NCBI GenBank assembly: GCA_027310565.1
Contig: DAIDAP010000032.1
Location: 51,611 to 115,610, forward strand
DNA length: 64,000 bases
Direction of reading: 5' to 3'
DNA from: Chloroflexota bacterium
GTDB taxonomy: Bacteria; Chloroflexota; Limnocylindria; P2-11E
Part shown: positions 44,721 through 55,330 of the stretch, in pieces
Numbering within the stretch: the first letter of the stretch is position 1
How the letters are laid out: each line of letters starts with the position of its first letter
Notes under the pieces: model-generated
Databases searched by the model: none
What the model was told of the DNA's origin: nothing
What the model saw: only the letters and a program-made list of their open reading frames with translations
Translations under genes and position numbers: made by a program

Positions 44721-46739
44721 TCACGCGCGCAGCCAGCGGAGCGCGTCGGCTGCCGCGAGCGGGCGGGCGATGTGATAGCCCTGGGCCTGGTCGCAGCCGA
44801 GGTCCCGGACGACGTCGAGCGTGCCGGCGTCCTCGATGCCCTCGGCGACGACGGTGAAGTCGAGCGCGTGCGCCAGCTCGACGGTCGCGCGCACGATCGC
44901 GCGCGCGTTCTCGTCCGTCGGGAGCGTCCGGATGAAGGCGCGATCGATCTTCACGGTCGAGATCGGCAGGCGGTGGAGGTACGCGAGCGAGGAGTAGCCG
45001 GTGCCGAAGTCGTCGATCGCGATCGACAGACCGAGCTCGCGCAGCTCCGCGATCGTGCGCGCGGCGCGCTCCGGATCGGCCATGAGCGTCGTCTCGGTCA
45101 CCTCGATGCCGAACCGGGCGCCCGGGACGCCGGATGCCTGGAGCGCGGCCGCGATGCGCCTGGGCAGGTCGGGCTCGAGCAGGTTGCGCGGCGAGAGGTT
45201 CACCGCAAGACGCGCGTCGAGCCCCCCGGCGAGCCACAGGTGCAGCTGCCGGACGGCGGCCGCGACGACCCAGTCGGTGAGCGACGTGAGGAGGCCCACT
45301 CGATCGGCGAGCGGGACGAACTCGGCGGGGGCGACGTCGCGATCGCGCCGCGGCCACCGCGCGAGCGCCTCGAACCGCTCGAGCCGGCCGCTGTCGCAGC
45401 CGACGATCGGCTGGAACGCGAGGGCGAGCTCGTCGCGCTCGATCGCGTGCCGCAGGTCGGCGGTGAGCGAGAGGAGCGCAGGGCTCGGCTCGTCGGGCGC
45501 CGGGGCGTACGCGGTCCACCCGACGTGACCGCGCTTCGCCGCGTACATCGCGATCTCGGCCTTGCGCATGAGCGTCGTGGAGTCGTGGCCGTCGCGCGGT
45601 GCGAGCGAGATGCCGATGCTCGCGCCGACGAACAGCTCGTGCGTCCTGATCGTGAACGGCGCGCGGATCGCGTCTGACAGGCGCCGCGCGAGGACGGTCG
45701 CGCCGCGCTCGTCCGTGTCCGGCATCACCACGGCGAACTCGTCGCCGCCGAGGCGCGCCGCCTGGCCGGTGACGCCGAGGTGCTCGAAGATCCGCTCCCC
45801 GACCGCGCGCAGGAGCTCGTCGCCGGCCGCGTGGCCGATCGACTCGTTCACCTCCTTGAACCGGTCGAGGTCGAGCGTCAGCAGCGCGGTCTCGCCGCGC
45901 GCCCGCGCCAACGCCGCGTCCAGCCGGTGGAGGAGCCCGACCCGGTTGGGCAGGCCGGTGAGCGTGTCGCGCTGCGTCGCATCCTCCATGTCGCGCCGCG
46001 CCCGGCGCCGCTCGGTGACGTCGACGCCCACCCCGAGGACGCCGTCCACCAGCCCCGCGGGGTTGCGGAGCGGCGCGAACGTCGTCTCGAACGACGCCTC
46101 CGCCACGTCGACAGTGGCCGTGACGACCTCGCCCGCGAGCGCGCGGCGCACGTGCTCGTGGATGTCCGGACGCCCGGCGTAGCGCTCGAAGATCGAGGCC
46201 CCGACCGCCGCGCCGGGCCGCCGCCCGATCCGCTCGAGGCCGCGGCCCTCCGCGAGCGTGAAGGTGCCGCTCCGGTCGAGCGTGAAGAGGACGACGGGAA
46301 GCCGCGACGTCGCCGTGCGCAGCTGCGCGGGCTCGAGCGCGAGACGGTCGTGCGCGAGCGCACGGGACCGCCAGTCGCTCATGAGACCGAAGCCGACGCC
46401 GGACGCGAGGATCGCCAGCGCGTAGGTCACCGCGGCGATCGGCGTGAAGAGCGTCGGGTCGACGTCCACCAGGACGCCGAACGGCAGCGCCTGGATGAGC
46501 AGGCCGACGAGCGCCACGAACAGGCCGCCGCGCACGCCCATGAGCCCGCCCGCGATCGCCGTGACGAGCGAGAACACGTTGAGCGCGGCGTTCCCCGCGA
46601 CGTCGTACAGCGGCACGAACGTGGCCGCGTAGACCTCGACGACGAACAGCAGGACGAGCAGGCGCAGCCGCCGCGGGAGCGCCCCGCCGACCAGCGCTCC
46701 CCGTGCCGCCTCGCGGATCGCGATGCTGCTCGCACCCAC
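44721..46739 (-). CDS. Membrane-PAS-GGDEF-EAL c-di-GMP signalling protein
   Basis: RLGGDEF, FEALARW, DDFGTGYSSL and QGY motifs are all intact. Confidence 0.9.
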   Translation of the reverse strand: MGASSIAIREAARGALVGGALPRRLRLLVLLFVVEVYAATFVPLYDVAGNAALNVFSLVTAIAGGLMGVRGGLFVALVGLLIQALPFGVLVDVDPTLFTPIAAVTYALAILASGVGFGLMSDWRSRALAHDRLALEPAQLRTATSRLPVVLFTLDRSGTFTLAEGRGLERIGRRPGAAVGASIFERYAGRPDIHEHVRRALAGEVVTATVDVAEASFETTFAPLRNPAGLVDGVLGVGVDVTERRRARRDMEDATQRDTLTGLPNRVGLLHRLDAALARARGETALLTLDLDRFKEVNESIGHAAGDELLRAVGERIFEHLGVTGQAARLGGDEFAVVMPDTDERGATVLARRLSDAIRAPFTIRTHELFVGASIGISLAPRDGHDSTTLMRKAEIAMYAAKRGHVGWTAYAPAPDEPSPALLSLTADLRHAIERDELALAFQPIVGCDSGRLERFEALARWPRRDRDVAPAEFVPLADRVGLLTSLTDWVVAAAVRQLHLWLAGGLDARLAVNLSPRNLLEPDLPRRIAAALQASGVPGARFGIEVTETTLMADPERAARTIAELRELGLSIAIDDFGTGYSSLAYLHRLPISTVKIDRAFIRTLPTDENARAIVRATVELAHALDFTVVAEGIEDAGTLDVVRDLGCDQAQGYHIARPLAAADALRWLRA

Positions 46740-46747
46740 CGCAGTGA

Positions 46748-46764
46748 GATAAGCATTGCTTATC
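46748..46764. promoter_or_regulatory. AT-rich perfect 8-1-8 palindrome GATAAGCATTGCTTATC, 8 nt upstream of the GGDEF-EAL GTG
   Basis: Arms GATAAGCA/TGCTTATC around a central T. A 1-nt centre excludes an RNA hairpin. Confidence 0.4.
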
Positions 46765-46790
46765 GACTCCGCACAAGAGCAGAACGGTCT

Positions 46791-47471
46791 CTATCCGGTC
46801 GCCGAGGACCGAAGTACCACCGTCACCTCCCCCCTCGCGGCGTGCTCGGCGTAGTGCGCCGCCAGCTCAGCCGCGCTGCCGCGCCGCAGCTCCTCGTGGG
46901 CCTTGGTGAGCTCTCGGGCGACGACGACCCGCGCGCCGGGCGCGACGGCCGCCAGGTCCGCGAGGAGCGCCGCCAGGCGGTAGGGGCTCTCGTAGAGGAC
47001 GGCCGTCCGGCCCTCCGCGAGGAGCCGCTCGAGCAGGCGCCGGCGCGGACCGCTGCGCCGATCGACGAAGCCGACGAAGGTGAATTCGCGCGTCGGAAGC
47101 CCCGACGCGACGAGCGCCGCGAGCGCGGCGGACGGGCCGGGGACGGGCACGACCTCGTGGCCGGCGTCGATCGCCGCGCGCACCAGCTGCTCCCCCGGAT
47201 CGGATAGGCCGGGGGTGCCCGCGTCGGTGACCAGCGCGACGTCCCAGCCGCGTTCGAGCTGCCCCACCAGCTCGGCGGCCTTCCGGCGATGGTTGAACTC
47301 GGTGTAGGAGGTCAGATGCTTCGTGCGGATGCCGAAGTGCCGCAACAGGATCTGGGTATGGCGCGTGTCCTCGCACGCGACCATGTGCGCCTCCTGCAGG
47401 ATGCGCAGCGCGCGCTGCGTCGTGTCCTCGAGGTTGCCGATCGGCGTCGCGACGAGGTAGAGCTTCCCCAC
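46791..47471 (-). CDS. rsmI: 16S rRNA (cytidine1402-2'-O)-methyltransferase
   Basis: LYLVATPIGNLEDTTQRAL..L....VACEDTRHT...DAGTPGLSDPG. Confidence 0.9.
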   Translation of the reverse strand: MGKLYLVATPIGNLEDTTQRALRILQEAHMVACEDTRHTQILLRHFGIRTKHLTSYTEFNHRRKAAELVGQLERGWDVALVTDAGTPGLSDPGEQLVRAAIDAGHEVVPVPGPSAALAALVASGLPTREFTFVGFVDRRSGPRRRLLERLLAEGRTAVLYESPYRLAALLADLAAVAPGARVVVARELTKAHEELRRGSAAELAAHYAEHAARGEVTVVLRSSATG

Positions 47472-47516
47472 TACGCGCCGGCCGGCCGGATCATCGAGCC
47501 ACCTCCCCCGCGACGC

Positions 47517-48425
47517 TCAGACGGCGCCCGCGGCCGGGCGGACGCTCTGCGCGAGCACGATACCGGCGAGGACGAGCGCGCCCCCCGCGATCTGCGGGGC
47601 CTCGAGCGACTGGCCGAGCACGGCCCAGGCGATGACCGCCGCGATGAAGGGCTCGGAGGTGGCGACGATCGAGACGCGCGCCGCGGGTAGGAGACGGAGC
47701 GCGACGAAGCCGAGCGCGAACGGGATCACCGCCGCCAGCGTCACCACGCCGGCGACACGGAGCCAGACGTCTCCGGCGGTCGTCGTCCACGGGAGGGTCC
47801 AGACGGGCTGGAGCGCCTGCCACCCCAGCAGCGCGAAGCCGAAGCCGTAGACCGCCATCGTCCACGCGGAGTACCTGGCGGCGAGCCGTTCGCCGAACAC
47901 GAAGTACGACGTGAAGAGCAGCGCGTCGAGCGCCGCGATGAGGACGCCAGCGGTGTTCACCTCGCGCAGCGCCGCGTCGTACGCGCCGGCGGCGAAAAAG
48001 GAGCCCGCGAGGGCAAGGAGGCCGGCGTACCAGAGCGCGCGTCCCACGCGCCGTCCGCGCAGGCGCGCGTAGAGGAGCACGAGGATGACCGCCGTGTACT
48101 CGACGACGAGCGCGACCGCGATCGGGATGCGCTGGATCGCCTCGTAGTACAGCCACTGCACGCCGCCCATCCCGAAGAGGCCGAAGGCGACGAAGAGCGG
48201 CAGGTCCTCGCGGCGGACGCGGAGCTCGCGGGGCCGCCACACGGCGACGAAGGTGACGAAGGCGAGGAAGGCGAACAGCACGCGCCACTCGGCGAGCACG
48301 CGCGGGGGCACCCCGAGGTCGAACGCCGACTTCGCGATCACCCCGCCGAGGGCGAAGAACGCGGCGGAGCCGAGCGCCGCGGCGTAGCCCAGGCCCCACC
48401 GGCGGGATGTCTCGCCGATCGGCAC
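47517..48425 (-). CDS. EamA/DMT-family transporter
   Basis: About 10 TM helices in two EamA repeats. Confidence 0.8.
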   Translation of the reverse strand: MPIGETSRRWGLGYAAALGSAAFFALGGVIAKSAFDLGVPPRVLAEWRVLFAFLAFVTFVAVWRPRELRVRREDLPLFVAFGLFGMGGVQWLYYEAIQRIPIAVALVVEYTAVILVLLYARLRGRRVGRALWYAGLLALAGSFFAAGAYDAALREVNTAGVLIAALDALLFTSYFVFGERLAARYSAWTMAVYGFGFALLGWQALQPVWTLPWTTTAGDVWLRVAGVVTLAAVIPFALGFVALRLLPAARVSIVATSEPFIAAVIAWAVLGQSLEAPQIAGGALVLAGIVLAQSVRPAAGAV

Positions 48426-48460
48426 GGCGGCGGCGGCGGAGGCGGCGCTCCCGTCGCCGC

Positions 48461-49327
48461 TCAGTCCGCCTCCCAGTCGCGCGGGTAGAGGAAGTCGTGG
48501 CCGATCGTGCGGAGCGAGACCTTGGCGATGAGCGGCATGAGGCGCTTGAAGTGATTACGGCGCACGCGCTCCCGGATACCCGCGACGAGCGCCGCGTCGA
48601 AGCCCGCCGCGATGAGCTCCGCGGGCCGCATGCGCCGATCGACGAGGTGATAGAGGAGCAGGTCGGCCTGGGCGTAGGTGAAGCCGAGCTCGCCCTCGTC
48701 GGTCTGTCCGACCCAGAGGTCCGCCGAGGGCGCCTTGCGCACGATGACGTCGGGAACGCCGAGGAGGACCGCGAGCTCGCGGAGCTGCGTCTTGTAGAGG
48801 TCACCGACGGGGTTGAGGTCGCTCGCCATGTCGCCCCAGCGCGTCCCGTATCCGAGCAGCAGCTCCGTCTTGTTGCTCGTGCCGACGACGAGCCCGTCGG
48901 GCCAGGCACGGTCGTACTCGATGGCCTTGCGCTCGCGGGCCATCTTGTTCCCGCGGCGAACGCGGTCGACCTCGCCCAGCCGCGCGAAGTACGCATCGAC
49001 CTGCGGCGAGATGTCGACCTCCTCCAGAGCCAGGCCGAACGTCCTCGCCACGAGGCGCGCATGCTCGGCCGACTCCGCGGCGGAGGTGCGGTACGGCATG
49101 AAGAGCGCCGTGACGCGCTCCGGGCCGAAGGTCTCCGCGGCGAGCGCCGCGACGGCGGCGCTGTCGACCCCGCCGGAGACCGCGACGACCACGCGCCGGT
49201 GCCCCGACTTCGCGGCCTCCTCGCGCAGGAAGGCGACGAGCATCCGGCGCACGAGCACCTCGTCGATCCGCAGCGGCGAGGCGTCGCGCGGGTCGGGGCG
49301 GATCGCGCCGAGACGCTCGGTGACCAT
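48461..49327 (-). CDS. nadE: NAD+ synthetase (synthetase domain only)
   Basis: VVAVSGGVDSA PP-loop, plus GTSNKTELLLGYGTRWGD. Confidence 0.9.
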   Translation of the reverse strand: MVTERLGAIRPDPRDASPLRIDEVLVRRMLVAFLREEAAKSGHRRVVVAVSGGVDSAAVAALAAETFGPERVTALFMPYRTSAAESAEHARLVARTFGLALEEVDISPQVDAYFARLGEVDRVRRGNKMARERKAIEYDRAWPDGLVVGTSNKTELLLGYGTRWGDMASDLNPVGDLYKTQLRELAVLLGVPDVIVRKAPSADLWVGQTDEGELGFTYAQADLLLYHLVDRRMRPAELIAAGFDAALVAGIRERVRRNHFKRLMPLIAKVSLRTIGHDFLYPRDWEAD

Positions 49328-50175
49328 CAGTCCGGCCCGCCCGCCGCCCGGCCGAGCTGCGCGTGGACGACGTCGCGGCGCTCGTCGCGAACGAGCGGGT
49401 TGCGGTCGCGCTCGCGAGCGACCAGATGGGTGTCGATCTCGGCCACCAGCAGGTGCTCGTCGAAGTCCGGCGCTCGGGCGACGACGCTGCCGTCGGGCGC
49501 GACGACCTCGGAGCCGCCCCAGAAGGCGATGCCGTCCTCGGTGCCGACGCGGTTGGCGAAGACGACGTAGAGCGTGAGGTACTGCGCGTAGAAGCGATCC
49601 ATGAGCCGGCACGACTCCGCGGTGCCCAGGTCGCCGCCTTCGGCGACGCCGCGGCCGGGGCTGTCCGACGGCGAGAGCACCACCGTCGCTCCGGCCGCCG
49701 CGTAGAGGTACGGCGTCGACACGTGCCACAGGTCCTCGCAGATGGCGATCCCGGTCGTCCCGAGCGCGCTCGAGAACGTCTCGAAGCGATCGCCCGGTCC
49801 GAAGTAGCGTCCGTCGTCGAAGATCCCGTACGTCGGCAGGTAGACCTTGCGGTGGACGTGCACGAGCGAGCCGCCGGACCAGTACCCCTGAGCGATGCGC
49901 AGCACCGCGTCCGGACCGCGCTCGACGAAGCCGGCGCACACGTCGATGCCCTTCGACGCCGCGGCGATCCTCTCCAGACGCTCGCCCGTCGCGGGCGTCG
50001 CCACGTCGGCGGCCAGGTCCTTCAGGTAGTACCCGGTGAGCGACAGCTCCGGGAAGACGACGACCCGCGCGCCGGCCGCCTTCGCCCGCGCGATCCACGA
50101 ATCGTGCATCGCGAGGTTGCGCTCGAAGGCGCCGAGCGCCGGCGCGCACTGGGCGATCGCGATGCGGATGCTCAT
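49327..50175 (-). CDS. Carbon-nitrogen hydrolase (nitrilase superfamily), probable glutaminase partner of NadE
   Basis: VVFPEL (Glu), HRKVYLP (Lys), IAICEDLW (Cys). Its TGA shares one nucleotide with the nadE ATG. Confidence 0.8.
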   Translation of the reverse strand: MSIRIAIAQCAPALGAFERNLAMHDSWIARAKAAGARVVVFPELSLTGYYLKDLAADVATPATGERLERIAAASKGIDVCAGFVERGPDAVLRIAQGYWSGGSLVHVHRKVYLPTYGIFDDGRYFGPGDRFETFSSALGTTGIAICEDLWHVSTPYLYAAAGATVVLSPSDSPGRGVAEGGDLGTAESCRLMDRFYAQYLTLYVVFANRVGTEDGIAFWGGSEVVAPDGSVVARAPDFDEHLLVAEIDTHLVARERDRNPLVRDERRDVVHAQLGRAAGGPD

Positions 50176-50194
50176 GTCGGCTTCGCCGGAGGTC

Positions 50195-52693
50195 TCACGT
50201 CTCCGCCTGGAGGTGCTCGACGCGGTCCGCGTACTCCTGGGCCAGCGTCCACGCGCGGCCCTCGTCACCCGCCTCGGCGTACACGTTGAAGAGCGGGCGG
50301 TCGGCGTCCGGGAGCACGAGCACCCACTCGCCGTCTTCCTGATGCTTCACGCCGTCGATCTGGCGCGTCCGCTCGGTCCGGGGATCCTGCGCGAGCACGC
50401 GGAGGACACGCCCCTTCCGCTCCCAGGGGCAGGCGACCTGCAGGCGCGCCAGCTTCGCCGCGGGCGTCTCGTCCATGACGTCGGCGAGCGTGTGCCCGGT
50501 GACGGCGAGCAGCTCGAGGAGCCGCACCGTGGCGAAGAGGCCGTCGAACGACGGATGGAAGCGCGGGAAGATGAAGCCGCCGACGCCGTCGGCCACGATC
50601 AGCGGGTGCTCGCGCGCCGCGAGGTCCATCTGCGCGTTCCCGCTGGCGCGCACGCGCTGCACGCGGCCGCCGGCCTCGCCGACGATCCGCTCGATCATCG
50701 AGGGGGCGAACACCGGCACCGCGACGACCCCGGGCGTGACGCGCGCCGACAGCGCCGCGAAGGCGACGAGGAAATGCATGTCGTTCGTCGGCCGGCCGCG
50801 GTCGTCGACGACGAAGATCTTCTCGCCGCCGGCATCGAGGATGAGCCCCGCGGAGGCGTTCAGCGCGGCGACGATCGTGCCGAGCTCGCGGCGCTCCTCC
50901 TGGAACTGCTCGAAGGTGCGGGAGCCGACGTTCTCCGACACGACGCCGTTGATCGAAACGAGGTCGACGCCGAGCTCGTTCAGCAGCTGCGGGAGGAACT
51001 GCGCCCCGGTGCCGTGCGAGAAGTTCACGACGACCTTGAACTTCCGTTCGGCGACCTGGTGCCGGTGGACGATCTCAGCGAGGAACGCCTCGCTGTACGC
51101 CTCGCCGACGCGCGCCGACTGGTAGATCGCGCCGACGTCCTCGTACGACACGCGCCGGACGTCCTCGCGGAAGAAGGCGGTCTCGACCTTGCGCTCCTGC
51201 GTCTTGTCCATGTCCAGCGCCTGGCGGTCGAAGAACTTGAGATCGCACACGCGCACGTCGAACGGCGACACGCGCACGTGGACGCCGCCGGCCGCGCCGA
51301 GCCGGCGGGTGTGGAACCGCCCGATGGGCAGCGGGGTCTGGAGGAGATCGGCGACGTGGATCCCGGCCGACACGATGCCGCCCATGAGCGCCCGCTTCAG
51401 CATGCGGCTCGAGCGGTGCTGGTCGCGGTTCATCGTCACCGTCGCGCCCTTCGGGAGCGTCGACGCGTACGCCGCGCCGAGCCTCGCCGCGAACTCCGGG
51501 GTGAGGTCGATGTTCACGACGCCGGTGACGCCGAAGCGGCCGAACAGCGTGCGGCGCCCCTGCGACCCCCAGACGAGGCTCGCGTTCACGACGGCGCCGC
51601 TCTCGATCTGCTTGTCCGGCCAGATCTTCACCTGGCTGCGCACGCGTGCGCCGTCGTTCACGACACAGTGGTCGCCGACGACGCTCCCCTCCTCGAGGAC
51701 GACGCGCGACTTCAGCGCGCACTGACGGCCGACGAGCGCGCCGTGGATCTCCGCGCGCTCGCCGATGTACGAGTTCCGCCAGACGATCGCGCGGTCGAGG
51801 ACGGCGCCGCCCTCGATCGCGACGTAGTCGCGGATGACGGTCGGCCCGACGATCTCGGCGGCCGCCCCGATCTTCACGCCGTTCCCCAGGTAGATCGGAC
51901 CGACGAGGTGGGCCTGCGGGTCGATCTCGACCTCGCCGCTCGCGAAGACGCCGGGGCGCACCTCGTCGCCGATCGGCCCCGTCTTCACACGACCGTAGAG
52001 CACGTCGGCATTCGCGCGCGCGTACTCGGGGATGGAGCCGACGTCGGTCCAGTACCCCGACGCGACGTACCCGTAGAGCGGCTCGCCCGCCTCGAGCAGC
52101 TTCGGGAAGAGGTCCTTGCTGAAGTCGAAGGCCTCGCCGACGGCGTAGCGCTCCAGGACCCGAGGCTCGATGACGTAGATCCCGGTGTTGATGGTGTCGG
52201 AGAACACCTCGCCCCACGACGGCTTCTCGAGGAACTTCGTGATGCGTCCGTCGCCGTTGGTGATGACGACGCCGTACTCCAGCGGATTCGGCACGTGGTA
52301 CAGCGTGAGCGTGACCGCCGCCCCGCGCTCGCGGTGGTACGCCACGACGGCCGAGAGGTCGATGTCCGTGAGCGCGTCCCCGGAGATCACGACGAACGTG
52401 TCGTCGAGCGCCGAGCCGATCTGGCGCACCGAGCCGCCGGTCCCGAGCGGGGTCTCCTCGACGCTGTAGCGCAGCTTCATGCCGACGCCGCCGCCGTCGC
52501 CGAAGCTGTCCTGGATCTGCGAGGCGAGGTACTGGAGCGTGACCCACGCATCGGTCAGCCCGTGGCGCCCGAGCAGATCGAAGATGTGACCGAGGCAGGG
52601 CTTGTTCACGATCGACACCATCGGCTTCGGACGGTTGATCGTGAGCGGACGGAGGCGGCTCCCCTCGCCGCCAGCCATCACGACCGCCTGCAT
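50195..52693 (-). CDS. Fusion protein: sugar-1-phosphate nucleotidyltransferase (ManC-like) + LbH + phosphomannomutase-like domains
   Basis: [14 protein letters not shown]-terminus, hexapeptide repeats, and a C-terminal PGM/PMM fold with non-canonical motifs. Confidence 0.85.
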   Translation of the reverse strand: MQAVVMAGGEGSRLRPLTINRPKPMVSIVNKPCLGHIFDLLGRHGLTDAWVTLQYLASQIQDSFGDGGGVGMKLRYSVEETPLGTGGSVRQIGSALDDTFVVISGDALTDIDLSAVVAYHRERGAAVTLTLYHVPNPLEYGVVITNGDGRITKFLEKPSWGEVFSDTINTGIYVIEPRVLERYAVGEAFDFSKDLFPKLLEAGEPLYGYVASGYWTDVGSIPEYARANADVLYGRVKTGPIGDEVRPGVFASGEVEIDPQAHLVGPIYLGNGVKIGAAAEIVGPTVIRDYVAIEGGAVLDRAIVWRNSYIGERAEIHGALVGRQCALKSRVVLEEGSVVGDHCVVNDGARVRSQVKIWPDKQIESGAVVNASLVWGSQGRRTLFGRFGVTGVVNIDLTPEFAARLGAAYASTLPKGATVTMNRDQHRSSRMLKRALMGGIVSAGIHVADLLQTPLPIGRFHTRRLGAAGGVHVRVSPFDVRVCDLKFFDRQALDMDKTQERKVETAFFREDVRRVSYEDVGAIYQSARVGEAYSEAFLAEIVHRHQVAERKFKVVVNFSHGTGAQFLPQLLNELGVDLVSINGVVSENVGSRTFEQFQEERRELGTIVAALNASAGLILDAGGEKIFVVDDRGRPTNDMHFLVAFAALSARVTPGVVAVPVFAPSMIERIVGEAGGRVQRVRASGNAQMDLAAREHPLIVADGVGGFIFPRFHPSFDGLFATVRLLELLAVTGHTLADVMDETPAAKLARLQVACPWERKGRVLRVLAQDPRTERTRQIDGVKHQEDGEWVLVLPDADRPLFNVYAEAGDEGRAWTLAQEYADRVEHLQAET

Positions 52694-52703
52694 GCTCCGC
52701 AGT

Positions 52704-52973
52704 CTACGGGGCGAACAGAGACTCGAGGTCGTGCCGCGAGTAGGCCTTGAACGCGACGTGCGTCTGGGTGCGCAGGACGCCGGTCACCCCCGCGATGCGG
52801 CGCGTCACGATGTCGGCGAGCTCCTCGTGCTCGCGAGCGCGCACCATCGCGATGAGGTCGAACTCGCCGGTGACCGAGTACACCTCGGACACCCCGGGGA
52901 CCGCCGCGAGCGCCTCCCCGAGCCTCGGCACCGAGCCGCGCTCGGCGGTGATGAGCACGACGGCGGTGATCAC
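52704..52973 (-). CDS. Stand-alone Lrp/AsnC ligand-binding (RAM) domain protein
   Basis: 89 aa. [19 protein letters not shown]... Confidence 0.7.
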   Translation of the reverse strand: MITAVVLITAERGSVPRLGEALAAVPGVSEVYSVTGEFDLIAMVRAREHEELADIVTRRIAGVTGVLRTQTHVAFKAYSRHDLESLFAP

Positions 52974-53015
52974 GCCGGTGTCGCGCGCCGGAGATACCGC
53001 GACGTGCGCGGCACG

Positions 53016-53219
53016 CTACAGGCTCTTCACGTCGACGTCGTGGAGGGCGGCCTTCACCAGGTGAGCGGCCTCCTGGAAGCCCATCGCCTTCCCGCGGTTG
53101 AGCGCGGCACCGTACGAGTTGTTCACGTCGGAGTTGGCCTGCTCGTCGTAGCGGTGGAACTCCTCCTCGAGCTGGTCGATGGCGAGCTTGATCCGGTCAC
53201 GCGCGGCGCTGCTGATCAC
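53016..53219 (-). CDS. Hypothetical 67-aa helical protein
   Basis: GGAGG lies 6 nt upstream of GTG 53219. GC3-rich codons. Confidence 0.5.
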   Translation of the reverse strand: MISSAARDRIKLAIDQLEEEFHRYDEQANSDVNNSYGAALNRGKAMGFQEAAHLVKAALHDVDVKSL

Positions 53220-53319
53220 TCACTGCCTCCGAGGGCGCGATTCGTTCGGAGGATACCGCCGGCGCGCGACGGGGGAGCCGGGTCCCATCCCGGGCCGGCC
53301 GGGGACTAGAGTTGCCGGG

Positions 53320-53697
53320 ATGCCGGTCGAGATCGTCGTCGAGACGAAGGACCGGCCGGGGATCATCGCCGCCATCGGGGAACTCCTCGGCCGCGTGGGC
53401 GTGAACATCGCCGCGGCGGCGGCCTTCGCCCACGAGGGGCGCGGCTACCTGCACTTCGTCGTCGACGACCCCGAGCGTGCCCTCGCCGCGCTCAAGTCCG
53501 GCGGCTGGGCGGTGACGCGAACGCGCGAGGTGCTGGTGGTGTCCCTCGACGACCGCCCCGGCGAGCTCGGGCGGTACGCGCGGCGCCTCGCCGACGCGGG
53601 CGTGAACATCAGCACCTGCTACATGGCGGGGGCCGACGCCGGCGAGCGCGAGCTCATCGTCGCGGTGGACGACCTCGAGGCGGCCCGGCGCGTCTGA
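53320..53697 (+). CDS. Tandem ACT-domain protein
   Basis: Two DRPG(I/E)... ACT openings (TKDRPGIIAAIGELL and LDDRPGELGRYARRL). Confidence 0.7.
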   Translation: MPVEIVVETKDRPGIIAAIGELLGRVGVNIAAAAAFAHEGRGYLHFVVDDPERALAALKSGGWAVTRTREVLVVSLDDRPGELGRYARRLADAGVNISTCYMAGADAGERELIVAVDDLEAARRV

Positions 53698-53703
53698 GCC
53701 CGC

Positions 53704-54045
53704 TCACCCGATCTCCAGCTCCTTCGTGGGCACGCCGACGTCGACCTCGACGTCGCCGTCCACGACGCGGACGGGGTAGGCGTTCACCGGGAACACCGCG
53801 GGGAGCGCGGTGACCCGGCCGGTCAGGAGGTCGAAGCGGGCGCCGTGGCGCGGGCACTCCACCTGACAGGACTCCAGCTCGCCCTCGCCGAGGATGCCGC
53901 CGTCGTGGGTGCAGACGTTGTCGATCGCGCCCCACGACCCGTCCTCGCAGTGGCCGAGGCAGAGGCTCCGGCCGCCGGCCTCCACGACGCGGACCTCGCC
54001 GGCCGGGACGTCCTCCGCACGCCCGACGCGGACGAACCCGCTCAT
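53704..54045 (-). CDS. Rieske (2Fe-2S) ferredoxin-like protein at the end of the suf operon
   Basis: CTHDG...CPRHG motifs. Confidence 0.85.
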   Translation of the reverse strand: MSGFVRVGRAEDVPAGEVRVVEAGGRSLCLGHCEDGSWGAIDNVCTHDGGILGEGELESCQVECPRHGARFDLLTGRVTALPAVFPVNAYPVRVVDGDVEVDVGVPTKELEIG

Positions 54046-54055
54046 TGGTGCACCC

Positions 54056-55330
54056 TCACGCCGCCTCGAGCTCGGCCACCCGGCCGATCCGAGGCGCGAG
54101 CGCCGCGAGCACGCGCGCGCGCACCTGCGGCTCGGGGATCGCCGCGACGACGCGCTGGAAGAAGCCGCGCACGAGCAGCTGCTCCGACTCGATGCGCCCG
54201 AGGCCGCGCGACATCACGTAGAAGAGCTCGTCCTCCTCGAGCGCGCCGGCGGTCGCGCCGTGGCCGCACCGCGCGACGTCGTTCGTGAGGATCTCCAGCG
54301 CCGGGATCGGGTCGGCGCCGGCTTTGTCGGACAGCAGGATGTTCCGGCACTCCTGGTACGACCCGGTGCCGCTCGAGGTGGGCTCGACGCGGATCACGCC
54401 GTAGTAGATCGCCTTCGCCGCGTCGTACAGCGCCGAGAGGTAGAGGAGGTCGGAGGTCGAGCCCTTTCCATCGAGGCGCTGGTGGGAGTTCACGTCGATC
54501 CGCTGCGAGTCCGCGCCCGCGACGAGGCCGTACAGCTTCACCTCGGCGCCGTCGCCGCGGATGTCCGAGCCGACGCCGAGCTTCGTGCGCGCGCCGCCGA
54601 TGAGCACGTTGAAGCCGTGCACGGCGCTGTCGCGGGCCGAGACGAAGCGCTGCTGCCCGATCTCCCACACGTCGTCGGCGAAACGGTGGATCCCGACGTA
54701 GCGGACGGACGCGCCGGGACCGGCGTGCACCTCGAGCGAGGGCACCGCGAGCCGCGGCCCGCCGCGGGCCGACGAGAGCTCCTCGACGAGCGTCACCGAC
54801 GAGCCGGCCTCCGCGACGACGATCGTGCGGAACACCATCGGCTCGCTCCCCGCGGACCAGTGCTTGTGGACCTCGAGCGGGAGCTCGACCTGGAGGCCGG
54901 CCGGCACGTAGAGGAACGCCGACCCGTGCGCGAAGAGCGCTCCGGCGAGCGCACGGAACGCCTCGTGGCTGTGTATCCCGTCGCCGTCGGGCAGCCAGCG
55001 TCGCACGAGGTCCGGGTGCTCCCGCGCCACGTTGATCATGCGGTCGAAGATGAGCCCCCGGCGCGCCGCGTCGAGCGGGACGGCGCCGTACTCGCTCGGC
55101 GGGTGCTCCGTGTCCACGACGCGGGCGAGCTCGGCGGTGGGCAGGTCGCGAAGCGGGAACCGCCGCCATTCCTCCTCCTGCCCCGTCGGCCACGTGGCGC
55201 GCTCGTAGCGGTCGAGCGCCCCCAGGCGCGCGGCGAGGAGCCAGTCCGGCTCGCCGCGGCCGACGCTGAGCCGCTCGACCGTCGCGCGGTCGAGCGGCAG
55301 CGGGATCCTCGTCGCGAACGCGAGGCTCAC
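54056..55330 (-). CDS. sufD: Fe-S cluster assembly protein SufD
   Basis: SufD-like throughout. 4-nt overlap with sufB. Confidence 0.85.
   Translation of the reverse strand: MSLAFATRIPLPLDRATVERLSVGRGEPDWLLAARLGALDRYERATWPTGQEEEWRRFPLRDLPTAELARVVDTEHPPSEYGAVPLDAARRGLIFDRMINVAREHPDLVRRWLPDGDGIHSHEAFRALAGALFAHGSAFLYVPAGLQVELPLEVHKHWSAGSEPMVFRTIVVAEAGSSVTLVEELSSARGGPRLAVPSLEVHAGPGASVRYVGIHRFADDVWEIGQQRFVSARDSAVHGFNVLIGGARTKLGVGSDIRGDGAEVKLYGLVAGADSQRIDVNSHQRLDGKGSTSDLLYLSALYDAAKAIYYGVIRVEPTSSGTGSYQECRNILLSDKAGADPIPALEILTNDVARCGHGATAGALEEDELFYVMSRGLGRIESEQLLVRGFFQRVVAAIPEPQVRARVLAALAPRIGRVAELEAA

Noticed and set aside
46748-46764. The palindrome as a rho-independent terminator of rsmI.
   Set aside because: A 1-nt centre cannot form a hairpin loop, and no U-tract follows. 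It is kept as a candidate protein-binding site instead.
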